From: Allobaculum fili
GTDB lineage: Bacteria > Bacillota_I > Bacilli_A > Erysipelotrichales > Erysipelotrichaceae
Assembly (NCBI RefSeq): GCF_020969955.1
Contig: NZ_JAHDSX010000043.1
Coordinates: forward strand, 1 to 19,097
DNA: 19,097 nucleotides
Reading direction: 5' to 3'
Made by a program: the position numbers and the translations under genes. Numbering within the stretch: the first letter of the stretch is position 1; each line of letters starts with the position of its first letter. The notes under the pieces are model-generated. The model saw only the letters and a list, made by a program, of their open reading frames with translations, had not been told where the DNA came from and made no database searches. Below are positions 7,349 to 14,974 of the stretch, one piece after another.

Positions 7349-9433
7349 TTAGTTGAACAGGAAGCTGAGCCATGGCTGTATCTGTACCAGTACAGGAGCC
7401 AGAATCAGAGAAATAACGGACATCAGCTTAATCAGGATATCCATGGCAGGACCAGCCGTATCCTTGAACGGGTCGCCGACGGTATCGCCGGTAACCGCAG
7501 CTTTATGCGCCTCGGAACCTTTGCCGCCGTGTTCGCCGGATTCAATGAACTTCTTGGCGTTATCCCAGGCACCGCCTGCGTTTGCCATGAAGACAGCCAG
7601 CATAATCGCAGAAACCAGAGCGCCCAGCAGCATGCCGCCAAGACCTTCGCATCCGAGAAGAAGACCGATTACCACCGGGCTGACCAGAGCGATCAGACCA
7701 GGCAGAACCATTTCATGCAGCGCAGCTTTGGTAGAGATATCTACGCACTCAGTGTAGTTTGGCTTGCTTGTTCCAGCCAGAATGCCTGGATCATTTTTGA
7801 ACTGAGCACGTACGTTTTCGATCATCTTGTTGGCAGCGCGTCCAACGGAACGAATGGTCAGCGCGGTGAAGTAGAACGGCAGCATCGCACCAAACAGAAG
7901 AGCAACAAGAACACCAGGCTGGAGCAGAGAAATTGACTGAAGGCCAGCAGCCTGTGCAAAGGCAACGATCATAGCCAGCGCGGTGAATGCAGCAGAACCG
8001 ATGCAGAAACCTTTACCGATTGCAGCAGTAGTGTTTCCAACAGAGTCGAGACGGTCCGTAATCTTGCGGACTTTCGGATCGAGTTCAGCCATTTCGGCAA
8101 TACCGCCGGCGTTATCGGAAATTGGGCCATATGCATCAACGGAAACGGTAATACCGCAGGTAGAGAGCATGCCGACAGCGCCAAGACCGATTCCATACAT
8201 TCCGGAAAACAGATACGCCACAACAATACCCAGAACCAGAACTACGACAGTCAGCATGGTGGATTCCATACCAACGGAGAAACCGGAAATAATGTTTGTC
8301 GCATGTCCAGTTTCGGATTCCGAAGCGATTTCCTTAACTTTCGGGTATTCATCCGAAGTGTAGTATTCCGCGATTTTTCCCAGCAGCATGCCGACAACAA
8401 GACCAACGGAAACCGAGAAGAACTGCGATACAGATCCGAACAGCCAGAGAGAAGCAATAAGAGACGTGATGATTTCAATAATAGTTGCAACGTATGTTGC
8501 GATGTTCAGAGCTTTCTGAGGATTTTCCCAGGTTTTCATACGAACGAATGCCTGAGCAAGGATGGCTGCGACAATACCGGCAGCCGCAATAACGAACGGG
8601 AAGATCGTAGCCTGTGCAGCATAGGAAACGCCGCCGATTGTTACGGTAAGACCCAGAGCGATACAGGAGATCAGAGAACCTACATAGGATTCGTTCAGGT
8701 CAGAACCCATACCAGCAATGTCGCCTACGTTATCGCCTACGTTGTCCGCGATAACCGCCGGGTTGCGCGGGTCATCTTCCGGAATACCGGCTTCGACTTT
8801 ACCAACCAGGTCAGCACCAACGTCCGCCGCTTTTGTATAGATACCGCCGCCCACACGAGCGAACAGCGCGATCATGGAGCAGCCAAGAGAATAGCCAGAT
8901 ACTACAGGAACTGCCTGTTCCGGTTCGCCAAATACGAACGTGAACAGAAGGAAGAGAGCCGTAAGGCCAAGCAGACCGAAGCCGACTACACAGATACCCA
9001 GAACGGAACCGCCGTTGAAGGCAACATGCAGAGCCTTTGGCATTCCGCCGGAACGAGCCGCTTCTGCGGTTTTCGCATTGGCTTTGGTTGCGGCTTTCAT
9101 ACCGATGAAACCAGCCAGACCAGAGAACAGTGCGCCGATCACGAAGCAGATCGCACCGCTCCAGCCAACACCGTCAACACCCTGCAGCGAGGGGATGAAG
9201 CCCAGGGCTGTCAGTACAATAGCCACAACGACTACGAAAATAATGATGATTTTGTATTCGCGTTTCAGAAACGCCATCGCGCCTTCCTGAATATAGGAAG
9301 ACAGATCCTGCATTCTCTGGTTGCCGGAGCTTTCTTTTTTCACGGAACCATAGAGTGTGGCAGCGTACAGAAGCGCAAATGCAGAAATGATCATGACAAT
9401 GACCAGGATCATTTCCATACTTGTGTTTTGCAT
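7349..9433 (-). CDS. hppA: membrane-bound pyrophosphatase (H+- or Na+-translocating; K+-dependent subtype by signature)
   Basis: 694-aa polytopic ORF carrying the M-PPase signatures [47 protein letters not shown] and [24 protein letters not shown]. An AAAGGAAA Shine-Dalgarno lies upstream. Stop codon is TAA. Confidence 0.95.
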   Translation of the reverse strand: MQNTSMEMILVIVMIISAFALLYAATLYGSVKKESSGNQRMQDLSSYIQEGAMAFLKREYKIIIIFVVVVAIVLTALGFIPSLQGVDGVGWSGAICFVIGALFSGLAGFIGMKAATKANAKTAEAARSGGMPKALHVAFNGGSVLGICVVGFGLLGLTALFLLFTFVFGEPEQAVPVVSGYSLGCSMIALFARVGGGIYTKAADVGADLVGKVEAGIPEDDPRNPAVIADNVGDNVGDIAGMGSDLNESYVGSLISCIALGLTVTIGGVSYAAQATIFPFVIAAAGIVAAILAQAFVRMKTWENPQKALNIATYVATIIEIITSLIASLWLFGSVSQFFSVSVGLVVGMLLGKIAEYYTSDEYPKVKEIASESETGHATNIISGFSVGMESTMLTVVVLVLGIVVAYLFSGMYGIGLGAVGMLSTCGITVSVDAYGPISDNAGGIAEMAELDPKVRKITDRLDSVGNTTAAIGKGFCIGSAAFTALAMIVAFAQAAGLQSISLLQPGVLVALLFGAMLPFYFTALTIRSVGRAANKMIENVRAQFKNDPGILAGTSKPNYTECVDISTKAALHEMVLPGLIALVSPVVIGLLLGCEGLGGMLLGALVSAIMLAVFMANAGGAWDNAKKFIESGEHGGKGSEAHKAAVTGDTVGDPFKDTAGPAMDILIKLMSVISLILAPVLVQIQPWLSFLFN

Positions 9434-9760
9434 ACGTCAAATTTCCTTTCTTATGAACGTAACCGCTTTCAATGATAGCAGAATTGGGGTTGTTCAAAAG
9501 ATGAATGTCGATGTTTATCCATTTTTCTTCGTTTTTTTCCCACATTTTCACCGTATTTTTTCCTTCCCTGTTTTTTCGTGAATTCCTCTTTCAAGTTTGC
9601 AAAAATTTCCAGCAAACCTGACCCGGAAAATGGCAAAAATGAATATGGCATATCCCCATAACGCTTACATTTTTAAAGGGCCGTACATCTTCCTGCACAC
9701 AGCCCCTGTTCTTTTTTTCTAGCTATTTTCGACTGTCTGTGATAGATTAATTAAGCAAAT

Positions 9761-9837
9761 GGCGCGTTCGGCAAGCGGTTGAAGCCACAGCCCTCTCAAG
9801 GCTGCATTCACGGGTTCAAATCCCGTACGCGCTGCCA
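9761..9837 (+). tRNA. tRNA-Glu (anticodon CUC), CCA encoded
   Basis: Hand-folded cloverleaf:
- Acceptor stem GGCGCGT/ACGCGCT, with a G1-U72 pair.
- D arm GGC-AAGCGGTTGAA-GCC.
- Anticodon stem CAGCC/GGCTG with loop CTCTCAA (U33, anticodon CTC).
- Variable loop CATTC.
- T arm ACGGG-TTCAAAT-CCCGT.
- Discriminator G, then CCA.
The backbone closely resembles B. subtilis tRNA-Glu. Confidence 0.9.
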
Positions 9838-9848
9838 TCGAATACTTA

Positions 9849-9885
9849 CCCCTTTATCCAGAATGGACAAAGGGGTTTTGTTTTG
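9849..9885 (+). terminator. rho-independent terminator after tRNA-Glu
   Basis: CCCCTTT (9849-9855) pairs with AAAGGGG (9869-9875), with additional inner pairing. The tail is TTTTGTTTT. Confidence 0.8.
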
Positions 9886-10158
9886 GTGCAGGCGGCTGCT
9901 GGTACTGCAGTTCCCATTCATGATTTTGCTTCCATTGAATAACCGTGACGGATTGGACCGATCTCGAGTCGACAAACGCCTGGCTTCTTTTGTTCATAAG
10001 GCGATTCTGAAAACAGCCACGTATTGATTTATCCAGTGATCGAATCAAACAAGTTATCCGCTCAAACAAATGGGGAGCCTTCCGTTACGTCTTTTCACAC
10101 GATCAATGGCTTGAGTGTGTGGCGGATTTAAAGCAGAACATCCTCGATATCGTGCTCC

Positions 10159-10188
10159 AAAAAGAAAAGAGCCGCTCAAGCGGCTCTT
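10159..10188 (-). terminator. rho-independent terminator after the small ORF 10194-10385
   Basis: On the minus strand, AAGAGCCGC-TTGA-GCGGCTCTT (9-bp perfect stem) is followed by TTCTTTTT. Confidence 0.75.
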
Positions 10189-10193
10189 GCAAT

Positions 10194-10385
10194 CTATTTC
10201 TTAACGGCAACCTTCAGGGACCCGTCTACTAATGTCTGAAACAGTTTATCGTACAGCTTGTCTTTTTCTTCAATGTCAGTACGCGCATCGTCTCTCAGTT
10301 TAAAAATCCAGTTTCGGGATCCACACATACCCACGGCATTACTTCTTTTTTCCAATTTTGCTAATTCAGGATCATAAGCGCGCAT
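10194..10385 (-). CDS. hypothetical small protein (63 aa, MRAYDPELAKLEKRSNAVGMCGSRNWIFKL...)
   Basis: The ORF track gives a 94-aa version from a GTG at 10478 that has no Shine-Dalgarno. The internal ATG at 10385 is preceded by GAGGAGG at 6-nt spacing. A clean terminator follows. I recognise no family. Confidence 0.5.
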   Translation of the reverse strand: MRAYDPELAKLEKRSNAVGMCGSRNWIFKLRDDARTDIEEKDKLYDKLFQTLVDGSLKVAVKK

Positions 10386-10559
10386 AAAGGACCTCCTCGA
10401 ATACTCTTTTAACTGATCCTTTTCTATTATTGTTTTAACGGTACAAAACAGAGAAGTCACCCACTGCTCGTCCTTCACAGGCTTCAGATAACTGATCGCT
10501 GTATTCTTCTTTCACCTCAGCGGGAATTCGAAGCACAGAGTTTATTTGCTGTCTACCCG

Positions 10560-11363
10560 CTAATCCATCAGATACTTCTTTTGCAGGTTATGCAGGTCTT
10601 CTTCAGTAAGGTCAAGCCCCTCTTTCAGGAACGCGTCCCAAGAACTGTAATGTTCCTGAATCGAGCGGTCAAAAGCTTCAAAGTAGGAACGGTGCGCAAA
10701 GAGATAGCCGGCGATTTCATCGTCAGCGAGAGCCTTGCCTTTCTTAAAGACCGCCGACGCTAACATGCGGTCTCTTGCCGCGTTTTTGCTCATGTACAGA
10801 TTGGTCTGCAAATAGTCAGTCAGAATCGTATCCATATCTACGCCCAGCGCATATTCAATCAGCGCCGCGCCAATACCGGTCCGATCCTTGCCCTGCGTAC
10901 AGTGCCAGACCACACCGCCATCCGTTTCCAGAAACACCTTAAAGAGAAGTTTCCATGCTTTTCGCGCATCTTCCGACCATACGAAAGACGCGTAAAGCTG
11001 TTCCATCATATTTCTGGAATTGGAGAGCGCCATCTTTAACAGATGTTCATTGCCGCCAGCGAGTTTTCGAAGATCCATTTCGAGAAATACGGGATCTTCC
11101 ACCAGCTGTGCGCCTTCAACCGGTTTATCTGGTTCCGTATTGCGCTCTGCTCTGGATCGCAGATCCACGATGCAGCCAAGTCCCAGTTCTTCGAAGGTTA
11201 TGCGATCGAGTTTGGAAGCGTGAGAAAGCTTAGCGGATCGAAAAAGCTTTCCAGGCCGAATCACTCGACCATCCTTTCCAATCATTCCGCCAAGATCGCG
11301 GCAGTTCTGAATTTTTTCGAACGGAAGATGTACGGATACTTCCGTTAACAGTTCTTCTTGCAT
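10560..11363 (-). CDS. protein-tyrosine phosphatase, CX5R type (Y_phosphatase3-like family)
   Basis: 267-aa ORF. The active-site P-loop is VWHCTQGKDRTG (HCxxGxxRT). The N-terminal NCRDLGG...LFRSAKL motif is typical of this bacterial family. An AAAGGGGA Shine-Dalgarno lies upstream of the ATG. Confidence 0.85.
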   Translation of the reverse strand: MQEELLTEVSVHLPFEKIQNCRDLGGMIGKDGRVIRPGKLFRSAKLSHASKLDRITFEELGLGCIVDLRSRAERNTEPDKPVEGAQLVEDPVFLEMDLRKLAGGNEHLLKMALSNSRNMMEQLYASFVWSEDARKAWKLLFKVFLETDGGVVWHCTQGKDRTGIGAALIEYALGVDMDTILTDYLQTNLYMSKNAARDRMLASAVFKKGKALADDEIAGYLFAHRSYFEAFDRSIQEHYSSWDAFLKEGLDLTEEDLHNLQKKYLMD

Positions 11364-12429
11364 TGTCAGTCCCCTTTACTGATCGAATTCAAGTTCTGAC
11401 GGATTCAAAAAATACAATGAAGGCATCAGACTGAATGACTTCATACTATTCCTTTTTCCAGAAACAGACGCCTCATTTGTCCAGAGCGTAAGACAAATGT
11501 CATCAAAGAAAGGATTTTGAAATTCACAGAAGAACGCTGAATCGAGAGCAGTCCCAATGAAAAAGCCTGCCGGTTCGACAAGCGGATTTTGCACTCTTAT
11601 GCAATTCAAAATGAAGGGGAACAGGACTGAACTTTTAATCGATCCTGTTCCTCGATTCCAATCCCGAATTTATGATTCCCATTTCACGTCCAGACAAACG
11701 AACTGCGCTTTTCTTGACGCTGCTGCAAATACAGCTGAAACCTATTCAGTCACCCGGAAAACGATTCTGAGCCGAAAGCAGCGACCTCTCGACGTATCGC
11801 CCTGTCCAATGGACCAATGCCAGCAAGGGAATGACACCCTCATCTTTCACATGTCATCCAGAGTATCTATTTTTCGCTGTGCCCCTGGCACCAGAAAATC
11901 CAACTCTTAGCGGGCGGCAGATTCTGCTGCCCGAATCCGACATATCAGATCTCCGGTTTCCCGGATGAGCTGCCCCGGCTCTTGACTGGTATTTCCTGCA
12001 TGAACTGAAGACCAGTTCAGACAGAGGCAGGATTCTTTTCACAGAGCGTCTATTGCGAGCCGGTGATGATCGGTACCTTTGTTTCAGGCTGGATCCAGCA
12101 TGTTCAGTGCGCTTGAAGAGTTTCTCTTCTTCACAGATGACATTGCTGCCGTCCGATCGCATCCTCCAAAACGTATCCGTATTGGATTTTACGAGCATTC
12201 ACCTGAACTCCCGGCAGCATGACACCCCTCTGCACCGGGTTAGTTCGTTTGCACGGATCTGAAACAGTTATTTAACTTACACCTATATATCTATACCGAT
12301 TATGCAAGAAATTCAGCATGCATATTCGCTATTATTGATTATTTCTTTTTCCTTACACTTTCCGGCAATCCGACCCGCACCGAATCGCTTGTGTCTTCCA
12401 GGATGCGCTCTGGAAAAAGAGGAGTGGAT

Positions 12430-12473
12430 AAAAAAAATCCCCTGCTCTGGAGCGAATCCGCTTTTGAGCAGGG
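12430..12473 (-). terminator. rho-independent terminator after tRNA-His
   Basis: On the minus strand, CCCTGCTC and GAGCAGGG form an 8-bp stem followed by GATTTTTTTT. Confidence 0.8.
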
Positions 12474-12506
12474 ATATTTGAAAGGTTAAACCTTTATGTT
12501 TGCATA

Positions 12507-12583
12507 TGGGGCGGCTGACGCGATTCGAACGCGCGCATGACGGAGCCACAATCCGCTGTGTTAACCGCTTCACCACAACCGCC
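12507..12583 (-). tRNA. tRNA-His (anticodon GUG) with the extra G-1, CCA encoded
   Basis: The minus strand reads G-GCGGTTG-TG-GTGAAGCGGTTAACAC-A-GCGGA-TTGTGGC-TCCGT-CATGC-GCGCG-TTCGAAT-CGCGT-CAGCCGC-C-CCA. The anticodon loop is TTGTGGC. G-1 pairs with C73, which is the hallmark of tRNA-His. The sequence is near-colinear with B. subtilis tRNA-His. Confidence 0.95.
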
Positions 12584-12600
12584 ATTTGGAATGCTTGGTT

Positions 12601-12629
12601 ATAATACCTGTGGCAAAGAACAATGTCAA
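12601..12629 (-). promoter_or_regulatory. SigA-type promoter of tRNA-His
   Basis: Minus strand TTGACA (12624-12629), a 17-nt spacer, then TATTAT (12601-12606). It ends about 17 nt upstream of the tRNA 5' end. Confidence 0.65.
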
Positions 12630-12646
12630 CTTTTTAACTTCAATTT

Positions 12647-12674
12647 GTTCATTTAAGCAATTCGTTAAATGAAC
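12647..12674. repeat. perfect 10-bp inverted repeat GTTCATTTAA-N8-TTAAATGAAC
   Basis: Read directly. It lies 18 bp upstream of the tRNA-His -35. No U-tract is present on either strand, so it is not a typical terminator. It could be an operator. Confidence 0.5.
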
Positions 12675-12807
12675 AGCTGTTTCGTGAGGCTTAAGCGCCC
12701 TTCTATACTTGGCTTTTTACGTTTCCGAAGCGTTCCCGGCTATTTTTCAGAGGGCGCCGGCGACCCGTAGGAAACAGGCTGCCGGAGAGATCCGCCTTTT
12801 CTGCATG

Positions 12808-12838
12808 AAAAAAGGCAGACCCTTTGACTGGATCTGCC
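12808..12838 (-). terminator. rho-independent terminator after the PNPOx-like gene
   Basis: On the minus strand, GGCAGA-N12-TCTGCC is followed by TTTTTTCATGC. An overlapping alternative hairpin GCCTTTT/AAAAGGC (12794-12816) is also present. Confidence 0.7.
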
Positions 12839-12890
12839 GGTAAATCGAATAGAGCGGCTTTGTGAAAAGCGGCTGTCTGGAATGAACGAA

Positions 12891-13358
12891 TTAGTCGTAA
12901 GGTTTGTAGACCGCTTTTTTCTCATCGAAGTTGATGAAGATCTGGTACGCGTTGCGGTTTTCGTCTTCATCCCAGATTTCCACGAAATGGGGTGTTACTT
13001 CCACGAGAATCTCGGTGTCTTCATGCGAGTAGGCATTGTAGGACTGCCAGAGAAATTCTTTATATTTCTTCTCGAATACACGGCCTTCTTCTTCCACGAC
13101 CAGACCCGTGATTTTGGCGGTGCCTTCTACCTGCGTACCGTTGAAGCACATAGCTACGCGCGGGTTGGCATACAGCTGCTGAGTCTTGCGGAAATTCTTG
13201 TCGGTCTTGAAGTAGATTTTGTCGTTGTAAAACAGGCAAGATACATTGCGCACCATTGGATAGTTATCCACGCAGCTTGCCAGAGCCATGATTTTCCAGT
13301 CGCCCAGTTTGGCGCTGTATTTCTCTACGGCGGTTTCAAAGCCCATTTCTTTTTCCAT
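12891..13358 (-). CDS. pyridoxamine 5'-phosphate oxidase-family (FMN-binding split-barrel) protein
   Basis: 155-aa ORF. The pattern of a small PNPOx-like flavoprotein is present (MALASCVDNYPMVRNVS...FKTDKNFRKTQQL..NPRVAM). A strong GGAAGGAGAA Shine-Dalgarno precedes the ATG. Stop codon is TAA. Confidence 0.75.
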   Translation of the reverse strand: MEKEMGFETAVEKYSAKLGDWKIMALASCVDNYPMVRNVSCLFYNDKIYFKTDKNFRKTQQLYANPRVAMCFNGTQVEGTAKITGLVVEEEGRVFEKKYKEFLWQSYNAYSHEDTEILVEVTPHFVEIWDEDENRNAYQIFINFDEKKAVYKPYD

Positions 13359-13443
13359 TGATTTTCTCCTTCCTGCCTTGCGGCTGGATTTTCTTTTTGT
13401 TTGTGGGTGATGAAAGGAATTCGATTCCTTGGCGGAACCTTCT

Positions 13444-14094
13444 TTAGATCACGTTGATCACAGCCAGGATAATGATGGCCAGAGTAAGAATCGCAAAGGT
13501 GCCGACTGCGCCAGCCATCTTGTGACCGGTGATCTCTTCTTCTTCCCGCTTGCCCAGCGCCCCCGATTTGTGAAGAGCGTTGGAGACTGGCTTATAGACC
13601 AGAAGCAGAATGCCCGCATTGATCAGCCCCTTGAGGAAGTTGAACAGCGCGATAGCGGGCAGAAGTGTCACCACTGCCTCTCTTGGCATTCCAAAATAGA
13701 TCGGATCCATGATGTAGTTCCAGAGAAGCATGACCACGATCTGTACCGCAATACCGGCGCAAAGGCCGACAAACGCTCCGTTTTTGGAATGCATCCGCTT
13801 GTAGACGACAGCGGCCGTGCATGCAAAGGCACAGCTTGAGAGGACGTTCATAAGCCAGTCGATTATATTGCCGCCGCGAAAAAGCAGTTCAATTGCCGAA
13901 GAAATTGCGGAAACGATCATCGCACTGATCGGACCAAATAAAAATCCCGCCATGCCGATGACGACATCCTTGGCATCATAGGTCAGAAACGAGACGGACG
14001 GTACCAGCGGAACGCGAAACAGCAGCGTCAGAACGACAGCCAATGCGCAGAACAGAGCCAGTACGGTCATTTTCTTTGTACTTATTTTTTTCAT
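13444..14094 (-). CDS. ribU: riboflavin transporter, ECF-type S component
   Basis: 216-aa membrane protein with RibU-like sequence (FRVPLVP...FLTYDAKDVVIGMAGFLFGP...). An AGGAGG Shine-Dalgarno is present. It lies directly downstream of an FMN riboswitch. Confidence 0.8.
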   Translation of the reverse strand: MKKISTKKMTVLALFCALAVVLTLLFRVPLVPSVSFLTYDAKDVVIGMAGFLFGPISAMIVSAISSAIELLFRGGNIIDWLMNVLSSCAFACTAAVVYKRMHSKNGAFVGLCAGIAVQIVVMLLWNYIMDPIYFGMPREAVVTLLPAIALFNFLKGLINAGILLLVYKPVSNALHKSGALGKREEEEITGHKMAGAVGTFAILTLAIIILAVINVI

Positions 14095-14167
14095 ATTGCA
14101 CCTCCTGTTACAAAGAAACCTGCTTTCGCCATCTTCCAGGTCTTATGCACACAGAAAAGCGCACAAA

Positions 14168-14290
14168 AAAAGTTCTTCTTTCATCCAGACTATAACTGTT
14201 GCTGCCGGAGTTTCACACGGCTCGGCCCGAAGGTTCGCGGAGTATACCGCCAGTAGGGAATTTCACCCTGCCCTGAAGAATGGTTTGCAT
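14168..14290 (-). promoter_or_regulatory. FMN riboswitch (RFN element)
   Basis: The minus strand reads TTCTTCAGGGCAGGGTGAAATTCCCTACTGGCGGTATACTCCGCGAACCTTCGGGCCGAGCCGTGTGAAACTCCGGCAGCAACAGTTATAGTCTGGATGAAAGAAGAAC. It contains the invariant RFN blocks GGGCAGGGTGAAATTCCCTAC.GGCGGT and AGTCTGGATG..AGAAG, with P1 formed by TTCTTC/GAAGAA. Confidence 0.9.
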
Positions 14291-14295
14291 ATACA

Positions 14296-14323
14296 ATTAT
14301 AAAAAAACAGAAGAGTCAGTCAA
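14296..14323 (-). promoter_or_regulatory. promoter of the FMN riboswitch-ribU transcript
   Basis: Minus strand TTGACT (14318-14323), a 16-nt spacer, then TATAAT (14296-14301). It lies about 10-15 nt upstream of the aptamer. Confidence 0.55.
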
Positions 14324-14487
14324 TCTAGTCGTCCCTTTCCTTTGACATAAGGCAAAATGACTGGAAAAGAAAGGCTTTCACAGCCAGATTTGCGATCTTC
14401 ACAAGACCGTCGCAAACCGATTGCGGTTGTCTACTGTCCATTTCTGGAGGGAAAGTCCAAAGCAATGCGAAAGAAAAGGAGAATTCC

Positions 14488-14733
14488 ATGCCTGCTGCCA
14501 GAAAGAAAATCCAGAATCCCGTCAAAGGCGCAAAAAGCGTCTTCATCCCCAGCGGTACCTTCACATACGACGATCAGATTATCACCGTTCTGATCTCGGC
14601 CAAGACCGGTGAAGCCGCCTTTGAAATCGACGGTCAGCGCGTTGAAGATCCCGAAATGCAAAACAAGCTCGTGGAACACTTTTTGTCGATCAACAAGCCG
14701 GATCATAAATCCTCAAAGCCTGCTGCCAAATAG
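14488..14733 (+). CDS. hypothetical protein, 81 aa
   Basis: An AAAGGAGA Shine-Dalgarno lies 6 nt upstream of the ATG. The composition is protein-like (MPAARKKIQNPVKGAKSVFIPSGTFTYDDQIITVLISAKTGEAAFEIDGQRVEDPEMQNKLVEHFL...). I recognise no family. Stop codon is TAG. Confidence 0.6.
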   Translation: MPAARKKIQNPVKGAKSVFIPSGTFTYDDQIITVLISAKTGEAAFEIDGQRVEDPEMQNKLVEHFLSINKPDHKSSKPAAK

Positions 14734-14811
14734 CCGATAAAAACGCCGCTCCGACGTAAAGCGCCTTCTGACGCAAACCGTCGTCACAGCGAAACGGCCG
14801 CAAAATGATAC

Positions 14812-14885
14812 GAAAACAAAAACACGTCTGAACCTTTCGGATCTTTTCTCCGATTGACAGTGCAGACGTGTTTTCTTTCTGTTTG
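14812..14885. terminator. bidirectional terminator between the 81-aa ORF and murB
   Basis: The long stem AACACGTCTG (14821-14830) / CAGACGTGTT (14863-14872) has an inner TCGGA/TCCGA helix. The tail is TTTCTTTCTGTTT on the plus strand and TTTTTGTTTTCG on the minus strand. Confidence 0.65.
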
Positions 14886-14974
14886 CCGCCCGCTTCTTCC
14901 TGCTTCAGAGGGCGGCTCTGCTTTTTTAAGTCCTGTCGTACAACGAATCGGGATACAGGATTTTGCTCCGATAT

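Noticed and set aside
11557-11910. 117-aa plus-strand ORF (MKKPAGSTSGFCTL...) and the 114-aa minus-strand ORF at 11854-12198 within the ORF-free gap.
   Set aside because: Neither has a Shine-Dalgarno and both are Arg/Ser/Cys-rich with non-protein-like composition. They overlap each other in a region that has stop codons in all frames.
11639-12262. Possible TGA recoding (genetic code 4 or 25), because this long frame is interrupted only by TGA codons and most genes here end in TAA or TAG.
   Set aside because: The protease gene clearly terminates at a TGA (2741-2743). The long genes contain no in-frame TGA and encode Trp with TGG. The read-through translation of this frame is not protein-like.
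12313-12585. 90-aa minus-strand ORF spanning tRNA-His.
   Set aside because: It is read straight through a canonical tRNA gene and its terminator. It is spurious.
14446-14458. GGAGGGAAAGTCC resembles the universally conserved GAGGAAAGUCC core of RNase P RNA.
   Set aside because: Only about 150 nt of non-coding DNA is available. The other RNase P conserved regions are missing. The downstream sequence is a Shine-Dalgarno-preceded protein-coding ORF.
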